Of a DNA stretch of 64,000 nt, positions 27,599 through 42,710 are shown one piece after another. The DNA lies in assembly GCA_951406725.2 (NCBI GenBank), contig OX597840.1:33480001-33544000 (forward strand), written 5' to 3'. The stretch comes from Octopus vulgaris. Lineage: Eukaryota. The translations under genes and the position numbers were made by a program. A model generated the notes under the pieces. That model was given only the letters and a program-made list of their open reading frames with translations. It made no database searches and was not told where the DNA came from. Every line of letters starts with the position of its first letter. Within the stretch, counting starts at the first letter, position 1.

Positions 27599-30500
27599 TT
27601 ACAGATTTATGCTTAAAATAGTGTCGTCTTTCATACTGACCATTTTTGCCACTTTTACCCACTTTTTATTAAAACATTCATTCGACAAAGCCTTCCTCTC
27701 TATTCTCATCCTCCTTTTCAAGTGGTACTTGAAAAAGTTGACGAGAGACTGACCAGAGAGGAAGATGTTTGTTTGCAGTCCTTTCAAACGCGTCCACCAC
27801 ACACATTCTTTCGCCATAGCCATCAGCGTCACGAAAACCGTTTTCCCTTCCCGTTTAAAGGAAGGTGGTGGAACAATATTCACGATAGACTCGGCCGATA
27901 GGCGAGCCTGACCTACACGTGACAACAGCTGTTCGACGAAGGACCACAGCTCTGAAATATCTGAACACTGCACGAGTGCGTGCAGAACGGTTTCGTCGCT
28001 CTGGCCGCATCTCGGGCAGGTCGGTCCGGTGATGGTTTTCGAACCGTGTCTGTAGCTCTTCTCTCGAACAGGTAGTGCGTCTCGATAGCACTGCCAAGCC
28101 AGGGATTTCTGGAAGTTATCCATAGGCCCCGGCCCGAACGTCGTCCTGAACAGGCGGGTTAGGAATTCCTCGTCGACGCCCAGGTTTGCCCCGAGTGTGT
28201 CGTCGGACCTCCCCTCCACTAGTCCTCTATAGAACGCTTTAGTCGTTTGGAAGTTGCACAAGTTTGACCCCGGTCGGCAGAGCTGCTGTAGAGCTTGGCG
28301 ACACTCTCGGTGCCAATCGCCCAGTTTCGGTCTCTTTTTGATCCACGTTTGCAGTTCGGTCAGTGAGACGAGCTGCGGGAAGTCGCGCCTCACAAACGGC
28401 GCCCACACCTGTTCACCGTCGTCGATGAATTTCCAGAGATGTCGCAGTCTCAGCGCATGCCTGCGCATCATCAACCACGGCATGCCCAGTCCTCCATTCA
28501 ACGGATGTTGACAGCAAATGGACTTCCTCACCATCGGAACGCCACCCTTCCACAGGAAGCGGAAGAGTATGCGTTCCAGTTTGGTGATGGTGGCGTCGGG
28601 ACAAGGTACGACGGTCAGGCGGTAATCGATGACGGATGCGATGTACGCGTTCGCCACCTCCGCCCGGCCTTTTAGAGACAGCTTTCTCTCGGCCCATGTT
28701 TGGCTGAGAGCGACCACTCTACTCGTGATCTCGTCCCAGTTCTTATCCATTTGGAGGTCCGGACTGAACCAGACCCCGAGCAATTTAACCGGTCCGTCCG
28801 TCCAGCGTCCCACTACTGAGCCGCAGTCGGACGGCATGGGCTTGCTTCTCCAGGTGCCGAGTAGCAAACCCACTGACTTTTCCGGGTTAATCTTTGCTCC
28901 CGTCACCGTTTCATATTTTCTTAGTGTCTCGCCGACCAGCTCGATGTGCTGGTAGCTCGACACTATGACGGTGACATCGTCCGCATATGCCGACACGCTC
29001 GTCCCGCAACCCAGTTCCCGTGGGATGCCCCTCAGTGTCGCCAGCTTCCGCAGTAGCGGCTCGAGAGTCAATACATACAGAAGCGCCGACAGGGGACACC
29101 CCTGACGGACCGAACGCGTGATGTCAAACGGTTTAGACAGGTGACCGTTTACCCGAATCACCGATCGGATGCCGCTATACAAGGCAGCGATCCAACCGCG
29201 GCTGACGGGACCGAAGCCAGCCGCCCTGAGGACGGCCGCCAAGTACCGATGGTCGACCCTATCGAAGGCTTTAGACTGATCCAAATTTATCAGCGCCCCA
29301 CCCATGCCAGGATCCTTAACTACCCTGTCCACAATGTAGCGCATCAGATGGAGGTTGTCATGTATGGTTCTGCCCGGCACGGCGCATGTTTGCGCCCTGT
29401 CGACCAGTTTACCAATGACAAGCGCCAACCTCTCGGCTATTACTTTGGCCAAAATTTTCAAATCTGCGTTGAGCAGAGTGATGGGCCTGAAATTATCTAT
29501 AAAATTCCCCTTGTTTGAGTCTTTCTTCAGCAACGTCACTGCACCTCGGCTCACGAAACCGGGGATTCTCCCGTTTTGTTGCCAGTTGCAGTAGACTGAT
29601 GCCAAGAGTTCGCCAAACAAGTCTGGCATTCGACAATACAGCTCGTAGGGTAAACCATCCAATCCAGGCGACTTATCCCTCGCGCAGCCCGCCATCGCAT
29701 CCCACACGTCAGCGGCTGTGATGGGACTTTCACAACACTCCGCTTCTCTTGCCGAGAGCCGCGGCAGGTCGGTCAGGTAGGCACTGAAATCCATCCCTCG
29801 TTCCGACCCACCACTCGCACCAAACAGTCGAGCAAAGTGCTGTTGAAAGGCCTCACACATCCTTTCGGGTTCGAGTAAACTGCATCCCTGTTGATCTATT
29901 AGAGACCGAATGGTTGATCTGTTGCCACGCTGCGCCTCCGCTACCCGGGCCTCTCGCGCAGCTTCAATCCCTTCGTTCCTTAAGGCACGCATTTTAGCTC
30001 TGACGACGCAACCTTCGTGCTTGGCGTTGAGGTGTTGGTCGAGGGCCATCCTCGCAGCTAGCACGTTGGTTGCGCTGCCAGTGGTAAGTGCCTCTTCTAG
30101 TTTCTTAACTAAGTCTCCCTCTACTCTATTTCGTTCTATCGCTAATTCCTTGCTAAACCTAATTGATTCCGATTTTATTGCCATTTTCAGGGCGTACCAC
30201 CAGCGGTTGTTAACGACCGCTCCCGTCAGCGCCCTCTTAATTAACTCGCTAATCCGGTTCCTGTAAACCTGTCGCGCTAACAGCGACGTGTTCAGTTTCC
30301 AGTAACCGGGACCCTGCCTATGTGTTTTATCTAAGTCGAGCGTACACGTAACAAATTTGTGATCTGTGTAGCTGACTATTTTAAATTGTGGACATCCTAC
30401 ACTATCCCTATCCGCTGTCCTGCATAGAATTCTATCTAGATAAGATCTCGACGATCCGACGCGGTTTGTCCAAGTCCACGTTGGCACGTTCGGATGGTCG

Positions 30501-31039
30501 AGTCGGAACCTGTCAGACAAATGGAAACGTCTGAGCAGGTCTTTGAGGCTCTTACACCCCCTTCTATTCCTATCCCTTCCCACATAATCTAGATGCGTGT
30601 CCAAGGTAGCGTTCCAATCCCCTACTAACAGTAAAGGTCTAGACGTACCCAGGAAAACCTCTAGACGTCTGAAGAAATCCGCCCGACCCGTTAAGGACGG
30701 TGCATAAACTGCCATCAGACGGAATGCACACCCATTTCTGCCATCCACGTCCAAGACAACCAGCCTACCCTCCGGGTCTAGGAATATTGCTCTTACTTTT
30801 ACCTTTAGACTCTTTCGAAAAAGCACCGCAGTACCTCCACCACCCATGTTCGGCAGACAGGGAGAAAAATAAATGTCAAATTGATTGCCAAACATGGACT
30901 CGAGGGCCCGCGGCTTACTGAGTCTGGTTTCGCTGATAGCTACTATATCCACGTCCAGTGACTTGATGTCGTTTAGAAGGTAACCTTGCTTCCAAGCCGA
31001 CGCCAAGCCACGCGCATTCACACAACCTAATTTAAGCAT
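27599..31039 (-). CDS. LINE ORF2: AP endonuclease, reverse transcriptase and C-terminal CCHC zinc finger (~1146 aa from ATG 31039; track start 31048 is TTG)
   Basis: APE motifs NARGL, ISET, VYAP, GDWN, LDRI, TDH; RT motifs KSPGLDG, FRPITLLNAD, DQSKAFDRV, RQGCPLS, YADD; CPRC..ETVLHALVQC. Uninterrupted. Confidence 0.97.
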   Translation of the reverse strand: MLKLGCVNARGLASAWKQGYLLNDIKSLDVDIVAISETRLSKPRALESMFGNQFDIYFSPCLPNMGGGGTAVLFRKSLKVKVRAIFLDPEGRLVVLDVDGRNGCAFRLMAVYAPSLTGRADFFRRLEVFLGTSRPLLLVGDWNATLDTHLDYVGRDRNRRGCKSLKDLLRRFHLSDRFRLDHPNVPTWTWTNRVGSSRSYLDRILCRTADRDSVGCPQFKIVSYTDHKFVTCTLDLDKTHRQGPGYWKLNTSLLARQVYRNRISELIKRALTGAVVNNRWWYALKMAIKSESIRFSKELAIERNRVEGDLVKKLEEALTTGSATNVLAARMALDQHLNAKHEGCVVRAKMRALRNEGIEAAREARVAEAQRGNRSTIRSLIDQQGCSLLEPERMCEAFQQHFARLFGASGGSERGMDFSAYLTDLPRLSAREAECCESPITAADVWDAMAGCARDKSPGLDGLPYELYCRMPDLFGELLASVYCNWQQNGRIPGFVSRGAVTLLKKDSNKGNFIDNFRPITLLNADLKILAKVIAERLALVIGKLVDRAQTCAVPGRTIHDNLHLMRYIVDRVVKDPGMGGALINLDQSKAFDRVDHRYLAAVLRAAGFGPVSRGWIAALYSGIRSVIRVNGHLSKPFDITRSVRQGCPLSALLYVLTLEPLLRKLATLRGIPRELGCGTSVSAYADDVTVIVSSYQHIELVGETLRKYETVTGAKINPEKSVGLLLGTWRSKPMPSDCGSVVGRWTDGPVKLLGVWFSPDLQMDKNWDEITSRVVALSQTWAERKLSLKGRAEVANAYIASVIDYRLTVVPCPDATITKLERILFRFLWKGGVPMVRKSICCQHPLNGGLGMPWLMMRRHALRLRHLWKFIDDGEQVWAPFVRRDFPQLVSLTELQTWIKKRPKLGDWHRECRQALQQLCRPGSNLCNFQTTKAFYRGLVEGRSDDTLGANLGVDEEFLTRLFRTTFGPGPMDNFQKSLAWQCYRDALPVREKSYRHGSKTITGPTCPRCGQSDETVLHALVQCSDISELWSFVEQLLSRVGQARLSAESIVNIVPPPSFKREGKTVFVTLMAMAKECVWWTRLKGLQTNIFLSGQSLVNFFKYHLKRRMRIERKALSNECFNKKWVKVAKMVSMKDDTILSINL

Positions 31040-31105
31040 ACTTGACAATTACGAAAATTGTGTTTTACACACTATATTAGAAGAGACAAGAGGCAAGAAG
31101 TGAGG

Positions 31106-31522
31106 TCACTTACTCATTTTAAAAGTTTCATTTTTTTCTTCTTCTTTTGTATCGTTTTTGATGAGGTGTTTGTATAGTTTTTTCGACAGGTATCGTTGAT
31201 ACCCGCCTACCGCATTCGGAAATAATGTTTTCAGTATGTGGTGTTGTGCTTGTGTTATGTGTAAAATTCTGATGTGTTTCGGTGGTGTGGTGTGCGGATG
31301 ATTGTTTGTCTTAAAATCATCTTCACAGACGACCATGTTAGATTTGATGTAGTCCATTAATTCTTTATTGTCTGTGTCTATTGCAGTTAGTTGTGTGTGT
31401 GGTTTTACGGGTTCATTACTTTTTTGATTGTCTAGGGGAATGTTGTCCTGAGTGAGATATCTCCCTGCTTTAATTCCTTGTTTGGTGGATTTTTTGGATC
31501 TTTTTCTTTTTACCCCCTGTGG
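31106..31522 (-). CDS. Probable frameshifted C-terminal continuation of LINE ORF1
   Basis: The shifted frame reads open RSKKSTKQGIKAGRYLTQDNIP...KELMDYIKS into the 83-aa ORF 31106-31357. Confidence 0.6.
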   Translation of the reverse strand, partial: PQGVKRKRSKKSTKQGIKAGRYLTQDNIPLDNQKSNEPVKPHTQLTAIDTDNKELMDYIKSNMVVCEDDFKTNNHPHTTPPKHIRILHITQAQHHILKTLFPNAVGGYQRYLSKKLYKHLIKNDTKEEEKNETFKMSK

Positions 31523-32978
31523 CTATTTGCCATTCCGTCGAACTTTCGTCGTCCGAGGTATCAGTATGGGGTAGAGGAAAAAGAACAGGATCACTATGTA
31601 TGCTTGTATAAATTGTTGATGTTTTGTGCGGTGTTTGTGTTGTTGTGGTGTTAGGGGTAGCATTTGTCTTCTCGTCAGTGTTTTCTGTCTTTTTAATTGT
31701 CGTCCTGGGTGTGGGTGTGGGTCGATTTTTTGAAGATTCAACAAGTTTAATTGGTTGTGACGTCAACGGTGATTGTGTTGGTACTGTTTTTCTTGGTGAT
31801 GTTGTTGGGGTTTGTTGTTTTTCTTGGCGTTGTTCCATAATTGAGTGTGTTGGTGTTGGTGTTGGCAACAAAGGGATTTTATTTGTTTTCTGAATTGTTC
31901 TTTCTTGTTTTTTCTGTACCAGATCGCACTTGGCAATCAAATGTTCGGGGCTGCCACATTTGTAGCATCTAGGCTTTTTGCCTTCTGCCATAACATATAG
32001 GCATTGCCCATTCTCCAAGTATATCTTGTCGGGTAGGCTCTCGATAGAGGCCCCCTCAATCTGGATGGTCACAACTACTGTTTTTCCACCCCAATTGTCG
32101 TTTAGGTACACGGCTGTTTCTAGAATATTGATCTTTTTCAAGTGGTAACAGATTGCCCCTGTTATCCATTTGTTCGGCATATCGGGGGGTACATTTCTGA
32201 TAGTAATTCTACTCACCCTCTGGTTTTTATAATAAGGGACCATGATGATTTCATCATTTCCCAGAGACTCAGTAGAGTGAGCTTTTGCCACTTCCTGGTT
32301 AGGGAAGCGGACCACTACTGTGTTAAACTGTGGACCCCAGTTTATATACTCTTTTTCTTTCATTATATTTTTTAAACATTTCTCCACATCAGTTTTTGTA
32401 ATCTGTTCATTTGGTTTTTTGTTTTTTCTAATAATTTTATATACAATTGTCTTATTTTCAATTTCTTGTTTTATATGTTGAGGTGTATGCAGGACTAAAT
32501 CTTGTCCACGGGTTGTAAAGAGAGCTCTTGTTTCTATGAGCTCTTCATTTGTGAATGTAACAATCTCCTTTTTCTGGCGAAGAATATCTGCGAAATTTAC
32601 TGTTGTTGACTTTTTTGTATTAGCATCTTCACTATTAGATAGTTCATTTTTATTGTTGTTCTTGTTGTTGCTGTTGTTTTTGTCAATAGTTTTCGTTTCA
32701 GTTTTATTTTTATCATTTATGTTGGTCGTGGTAGTGGTGGTGGTGGTGGTGGAGGTGGTGGTGGTAGCAGTTGTTGTCTCGTGGTTGCTGTTGTTAGTGG
32801 TGGTGGTGGCGTTGGTGACAGGGCTGTTAACGCACGTGGTTGCAGCGTTCCTTTCACCGAATTTCACGTTGGCATTTTCCGTGCGAACGTTCTTTTTTCT
32901 CTCTGTCGTTTCCAGACTAGGAAAATTTTGTTCCAAAAAAGAACGCGACCAGCGTTCAACAATAAAATTTCTAGACAT
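31470..32978 (-). CDS. LINE ORF1 (gag-like nucleic-acid-binding protein with CCHC zinc knuckle)
   Basis: 502 aa upstream of ORF2 on the same strand; CYKCGSPEHLIAKC knuckle after an RRM-like segment (RITIRNVPPDM). Confidence 0.92.
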   Translation of the reverse strand: MSRNFIVERWSRSFLEQNFPSLETTERKKNVRTENANVKFGERNAATTCVNSPVTNATTTTNNSNHETTTATTTTSTTTTTTTTTNINDKNKTETKTIDKNNSNNKNNNKNELSNSEDANTKKSTTVNFADILRQKKEIVTFTNEELIETRALFTTRGQDLVLHTPQHIKQEIENKTIVYKIIRKNKKPNEQITKTDVEKCLKNIMKEKEYINWGPQFNTVVVRFPNQEVAKAHSTESLGNDEIIMVPYYKNQRVSRITIRNVPPDMPNKWITGAICYHLKKINILETAVYLNDNWGGKTVVVTIQIEGASIESLPDKIYLENGQCLYVMAEGKKPRCYKCGSPEHLIAKCDLVQKKQERTIQKTNKIPLLPTPTPTHSIMEQRQEKQQTPTTSPRKTVPTQSPLTSQPIKLVESSKNRPTPTPRTTIKKTENTDEKTNATPNTTTTQTPHKTSTIYTSIHSDPVLFPLPHTDTSDDESSTEWQIATGGKKKKIQKIHQTRN

Positions 32979-33178
32979 TTTCTAATGTCGAGAAGAAAAT
33001 AACAGAAATGAAATGGGGTCGAAACTGCCCCTAGGGGCGAATTCCTCCCTTGGAATGGCACTCAAATGAAAGTTGGTTGCCTTACACACCTTATTTGCAA
33101 AAATCTACACAAAAATTGGCCTATAAATAGTCAAAATAAATTATTACCTTCGGAGCTGAAACGACATCACATCCGTCA

Positions 33179-33325
<147 letters not shown>

Positions 33326-33334
33326 TATAGATAG

Positions 33335-33383
<49 letters not shown>

Positions 33384-33406
33384 TAGATAGATAGATATAT
33401 AGATAG

Positions 33407-33443
<37 letters not shown>

Positions 33444-33467
33444 TAGATAGATAGATAGATAGGTAGG

Positions 33468-33532
<65 letters not shown>

Positions 33533-33704
33533 TGATAGATAGATAGATAGATAGATAGATAAATTTGGTAGGAGGGAACCACACGATTAAATCGACTCCA
33601 GTACGCAACTAGTACTTATTTAATCCACCCCGAAAGGATGAAAGGCAAAGTCGACCTCGGTGGAATTTGAACTCTGAAAGTAAAGACATAGCGCTAACAT
33701 ATAC

Positions 33705-33898
33705 TCTCTTTTACTCTTTTACTTGTTTCAGTCATTTGACTGCGGCCATGCTGGAGCACCGCCTTTAATCGAGCAACTCGACCCCGGGACTTATTCTTTT
33801 GTAAGCCCAGTACTTATTCTATCGGTCTCTTTTGCCGAACCGCTAAGTAACGGGGACATAAACACTAGGGGACAAACAGAGACACACAAACACACACA

Positions 33899-33932
<34 letters not shown>

Positions 33933-34427
33933 GGTATGTAGAAAAATACAACATGGACAAGAACGTATAACTCTTAGAAGACGACACAATAAACACGGAC
34001 AGGACATTCGAAACCCTCAGTCTTCAGTCAAGAACCGGATCATCGTAGTAATTTCGGCTGATTAATCTTGAGATTACTAGATCACGGCCAGCCCTCCAAG
34101 AAAAAGCAAGCAACGAGCATTAGAAAAACTAAGCTGGAAGCGTAGATTTCCTGGAAGAAGGATCGAATGCATACGAACACCAGGACAGCAAAAGGGACAG
34201 ATATAAAAAAACAAAAAACAATAATGGAATACAGAAACATGAAATACAGAAGCATTAACGGTATATACATACATATATACGACGGGCTTCTTTCAGTTTC
34301 CGTCTACCAAATCCACTCACAAGGCTTTGGTCAGCCCGAGGCTATAGTAGAAGACACTTGCCCAAGGTGCCACGCAGTGGGACTGAACCCGGAACCATAT
34401 GGTCGGTAGACAAGCTACTTACCACAC
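33705..34427 (-). mobile_element. SINE family A split by a ~330-bp insertion (33930-34262) in its internal TA tract
   Basis: Tail 33705-33900 and head 34278-34427 are collinear. Confidence 0.8.
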
Positions 34428-34447
34428 AATATATATATATATATATA

Positions 34448-34821
34448 TCTTTATATATAAAAGAGAAGTTGTGTGTATGTCTCCTACGATTTAGATTCCT
34501 AACTACTCCCACATTTTGCGGTGCAGTGTAATCAAAAGCGGGTATCTTATAGTCGTGATTCATATCGAGCCCTTCTGGGTATTAGCGCGCGTCTACGATG
34601 AGTCTACGATTTTAAAAATAATTTACCATCATTTTTTCCATTTTAATGCATTTCTTTCGCTAATGGAAGTAACTCTCTAAAAATATCTACGATGAGTCAA
34701 CGATTTTAAAAAAATTTACCATCATTTTTTTTCCATTTTTAATGCATTTTTTTGCTATTTTTAAAATCCTCATATAGTTATTTCCCTTACAAATCCGAGC
34801 AACGCCGGGCGATACTGCTAG
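34448..34821 (+). mobile_element. Non-autonomous Helitron (shorter relative of 22294-22918)
   Basis: A|TCTTTATATATAAAA ... CCGAGCAACGCCGGGCGATACTGCTAG|T. Confidence 0.85.
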
Positions 34822-34855
34822 TATATATATATATATATTTCTCCCCGATCTCAAT

Positions 34856-35624
34856 GTCCTTAGAAGTCATTCATTTGTGTGTGTGTTAGAGCGTGTGCGT
34901 TCGTGCGCGCGCGTATCCAGAAGAAGATACTAAATCTCTCCATTAGTACTTTTGGTCATTGATGGTCACTCTGTTTAGTCGGTCAGTCAGTTGGTCTCTC
35001 AGCCTTACTGTTCGTCTGCTTGTGTGTATGTGTGTTGGTCACTTTTTTTGGCCATTATATCTGTCTGTTCGCCTGACTGTCTGTGTATATAGCTTACTAG
35101 TGTTGGTCAATATCAATGGCTTGTTGGTTAATCAATGACTGACTGTCTGTGCATTGCGTGGTCAGCTTCGTTGGTCACCCACGTCTTAGTTGGTCAGTCT
35201 GCCTGCTTATCATCTTATTTGACTATGTATGTATGTGTGTTTGTATGTATGTGTGTTTGTATGTATGTGTATGTATGTATGTATGTATGTATGTATGTAT
35301 GTATGTATGTATGTATGTATGCATGTGTGTGTGTATGTATGTGTGTATGTATGTATGTGTGTATGTATATATATATATGTATGTGTGTGTATGTATGTGT
35401 GTATGTATGTATGTGTGTGTATGTATGTGGTTGTATGTATGTATGTATGTATGTGTGTGTATGTATGTATGTGTGTATGTATGTATGTATCTGTGTATGT
35501 ATGTGTGCGTGTGTATATATGTATGTGTGTATTATGTGCGTATGTATGTATGTATATATGTATGTGTATGTTTGTTTGTATGTATGTATGTATCTATCTA
35601 TCTACCTACCTATCTATCTGTCTG

Positions 35625-35693
<69 letters not shown>

Positions 35694-35702
35694 GTATCTA
35701 TG

Positions 35703-35775
<73 letters not shown>

Positions 35776-36108
35776 CTGTATGTGTGTGTGTGTGTGTACA
35801 CGCTCGCGTGTGCCTAAGACGATACTAAATCTACTTAGCACTTTGGTCAGCGATAGTCACTCTGTTTAGTTGGTGAGAAAGAGAGTGACCAACACTAGTA
35901 AGCTATATACACAGACAGTCAAGCGAACAGACAGATATAATGGCCATGACAAGTGACCAACACACATACACACAAGCAGACCAACTGACTGACCGACTAA
36001 ACAGAGTGACCATCAATGACCAAATGTACTAATGGAGAGATTTAGTATCTTCCTATGGACACGCGCGCGCACGAGCACACAGACACACAAATGAATGACT
36101 TCTAAGGA
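34856..36108. repeat. Inverted duplication (arms ~34856-35108 and ~35886-36108) of the TACTAA-hairpin module
   Basis: GAAGTCATTCATTTGTG..GATACTAAATCTCTCCATTAGTAC..GGTCACTCTGTTTAGTCGGTCAGTCAG is reverse-complemented in the right arm. Confidence 0.85.
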
Positions 36109-36169
36109 GAGAGTGAGGGAGAGGAGAGAGAGATAAAATATGTGAAAAAAAGAAAGAAAGAGAGAAATA

Positions 36170-39335
<3,166 letters not shown>

Positions 39336-39639
39336 TCATTCCTTCTTTCTTTATTTCCTATTTCTCTCTTTCTTTCTTTCTTTTTTCTTTCTTTCTTTCT
39401 TTCTTTTTTCTTTCTTTTTTTCTTTCTTTTTCTTTCTGTCTTTCTTTCTTTCTTTCTTTCTGTCTTTCTTTCTTTTATTCATTCTTTCTTTCTTTCTTTC
39501 TGTCTTTCTTTCTTTCTTTCTTTCTTTATTTCCTATTTCTCTCTTTCTTTCTTTCTTTCTTTCTTTTTCTTCCTTCCTTTCTTTCTTTCTTTCTGTCTTT
39601 CTTTCTTTCTTTCTTTCTTTATTTCCTATTTCTCTCTTA

Positions 39640-39678
<39 letters not shown>

Positions 39679-39698
39679 TATTTCCTATTTCTCTCTTA

Positions 39699-39731
<33 letters not shown>

Positions 39732-39734
39732 TTC

Positions 39735-39765
<31 letters not shown>

Positions 39766-39889
39766 TTTTTCCTTTCTTTCTTTCTTTCTTTCTTTCTTTC
39801 ACTGATTATTTTCACTTACAATAAATAGCTGTCTCTCTTTATATATTCTCTCTCTCTCTCTCTCTGTCTCTTTCTCTCTCTCTCCCTTT

Positions 39890-40085
39890 CTTCAAAATGT
39901 AACCACATGTCAATCGTTGACTATTTTCTTTCTCCGTCTTCCTTTCTATTGGTCTTTCCTCTGTTTCTGATGAAGAGCGTTGCTCGAAACGTTAAACCAT
40001 CTTTCTTTCATCTCTGAGCGTCTGCTAATACACTACTTGTACCACGTCCTCGCGTTGTTGTTTTTTTGTGTGTTTGTTCTTCATA
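39890..40085 (+). mobile_element. Family H2 unit with canonical minimal hammerhead at 39963-39997
   Basis: gttt-CTGATGA-a-gagc-gtt-gctc-GAAAC-GTT-aaac. Confidence 0.7.
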
Positions 40086-40259
40086 TATATGTGCGTGTGT
40101 TTGTGTGTATATATATATACGCGACGGGCTTCCTTCAGTTTCCGTCGACCAAATCCAAGTCTATTGTAGAAGATACTTGTCCAAGGTGCCACGCAGCTGG
40201 ACTAAACTCAGAATCAAGTGGTTGGGAAACAAGCTTCTCACTAGACATACATACATACA

Positions 40260-40322
<63 letters not shown>

Positions 40323-40325
<3 letters not shown>

Positions 40326-40725
40326 CGCAGGAGTGGCTGTTTGGTAAGTAGCTTGCTAACCAACCACATGGTTCCGGGTTCAGTCCCACTGCGTGGCATC
40401 TTGGGCAAGTGTCTTCTGCTATAGCCCCGGGCCGACCAATGCCTTGTGAGTGGATTTGGTAGACGGAAACTGAAAGAAGCCTGTCGTATATATGTATATA
40501 TATATTTATGTGTGTATGTTTGTGTGTCTGTGTTTGTTCCCCTAGCATTGCTTGACAACGATGCTGGTGTGTTTACGTCCCTGTCACTTAGCGGTTCGGC
40601 AAAAGAGACCGATAGAATAAGTACTGGGCTTACAAAGAATAAGTCCCGGGGTTGATTTGCTCGACTAAAGGCGGTGTCTAGCATGGCCGCAGTCAAATGA
40701 CTGAAACAAGTAAAAAGAGAAAAGA
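40323..40725 (+). mobile_element. SINE family A, full length
   Basis: GGCGCAGGAGTGGCTG...GGTTCAGTCCC...GACTGAAACAAGTAAAA. Confidence 0.9.
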
Positions 40726-40948
40726 GAAAGAGAATATATATATATGTATATATATATATATGTATATATATGTTGATAAAAATAGTAAGATAACAAAAGA
40801 AAGAAAGAGACCTCGATATTATGTAAATAGAGAAATTTATCTGTAAATATAATATGTGACAATTATTTGGTAGCCATTATAAACCTCCGAGTTTCGGATG
40901 CCGAGGTGGAAAACCACGCAGCCATCTCTTTAGTTATCCGGCTGGATG

Positions 40949-41018
<70 letters not shown>

Positions 41019-41065
41019 TATAATAATAGTAATAATAATAATAATAATTATAATAATAATAGTAA

Positions 41066-41157
<92 letters not shown>

Positions 41158-41399
41158 GATAATAATAATAATGAGTATAACTCCAAACTTACAGGGAAAA
41201 ATTCAATTTTGTATTAAATCAAATTTCACAATATAAATATATAATATATAAATTAGAGAAAAAAAACCACTATTATGCAATTCAAATATTATATATTGAT
41301 TATTCATTTTTATAATTTTTGTGATCTAGTTATATGTTTTATAAAAATATTTATGTCTACCATTGTTTGAATTGCATAATAGTGGTTTTATCTCTAATT

Positions 41400-41448
<49 letters not shown>

Positions 41449-41450
<2 letters not shown>

Positions 41451-42038
41451 CAATAATAATTCTCTAAAAGAGATATAGACAGTAACTGCTCGATAACATA
41501 AGGGACTAAAGCCATCTGAATATGGCTAGGGACAGGGCAGGGTGGTGGGGGTGTTACTGTTGCATTTAGCCCCAGGCGAACATCGACGTCACCAGAAAGG
41601 CCCGACACCGTCACGGTGTCCTTAACCTGCAAAGGGAGGTAATTCCCCGATGAAGCGGAAACCACACACGGACCATGGTTTCAAGGTGTATTGCCTATCG
41701 TCGGCGTGTGGTAGGCTTTGCTTTCGAACAGATTTTCGAAATCAGCAAATGTATTTTGCTTGAAAATCTATATATGAATATCCTGCAGAGTGAGAATTCG
41801 TCGAGGAAGCGGAAGCCTACCACACGCCGACGATAGGCAATACACCTTGAAACCATGGTCCGTGTGTGGTTTCCGCTTCATCGGGGAATTACCTCCCTTT
41901 GCAGGTTAAGGACACCGTGACGGTGTCGGGCCTTTCTGGTGACGTCGATGTTCGCCTGGGGCTAAATGCAACAGTAACACCCCCACCACCCTGCCCTGTC
42001 CCTAGCCATATTCAGATGGCTTTAGTCCCTTATGTTAT
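41449..42038. mobile_element. Fold-back Penelope pLTR-like element with 226-bp inverted arms (41493-41718 / 41813-42038) and hammerheads at 41665-41710 (-) and 41821-41866 (+)
   Basis: Arms match by eye (the ORF track shows the same 59 aa from both strands); cacacg-CCGACGA-taggcaatacacctt-GAAA-ccatgg-TC-cgtgtg; (TA)n flanks. Confidence 0.8.
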
Positions 42039-42203
42039 ATATATATATATATTAGAAGAAATGAGGTAATCAGAAGATCGGATGGTTCATATTTATAGAT
42101 ATTTATTTATATATTACATTTTTTACATATATATATCATATCATTCAGATCATATCATTCGGATTATTAGCGCTTTCTCCCATTCCAGTGGGGTTTTCAA
42201 ATC

Positions 42204-42292
<89 letters not shown>

Positions 42293-42307
42293 GAGAGAAT
42301 CAGGAGA

Positions 42308-42425
42308 TGGTTCTGGGTTCAGTCCCACTGCGTGGCACCTTGGGCAAGTGTCTTCTACTATAGCCTCGGGCCGACCAAAGCCTTGTGAGTGGATTTGGTA
42401 GACGGAAACTGAAAGAAGCCCGTCG

Positions 42426-42498
<73 letters not shown>

Positions 42499-42710
42499 TT
42501 GTGTGTCTGTGTTTGTGCCCCCCAACATCGCTTGATAACCGATGGTGGTGTGTTTACGCCCCCATAACTTAGCGGTTCGGCAAAAAGAGACCGATGGAAT
42601 AAGTACTAGGCTTACAAAGAATAAGTCCTGGGGTCGATTCGCTCGACTAAAGGCGGTGCTCCAGCATGGCCACAGTCAAATGACTGAAACAAGTAAAAGA
42701 GTAAAATAGT
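42308..42710 (+). mobile_element. SINE family A, 5'-truncated
   Basis: Body and tail match the family. Confidence 0.87.

Larger units (their letters stand above)
27288..33178 (-). mobile_element. Full-length L1/Tx1-clade non-LTR retrotransposon embedded in (TATC)n
   Basis: 5' UTR, ORF1, ORF2 and a 3' UTR ending AATAAAAAGT directly into TATC repeats; GATA/TATC arrays on both flanks. Confidence 0.95.

Noticed and set aside
27855-30921. Antisense and alternative-frame ORFs within ORF2
   Set aside because: Shadow ORFs of a GC-rich coding region.
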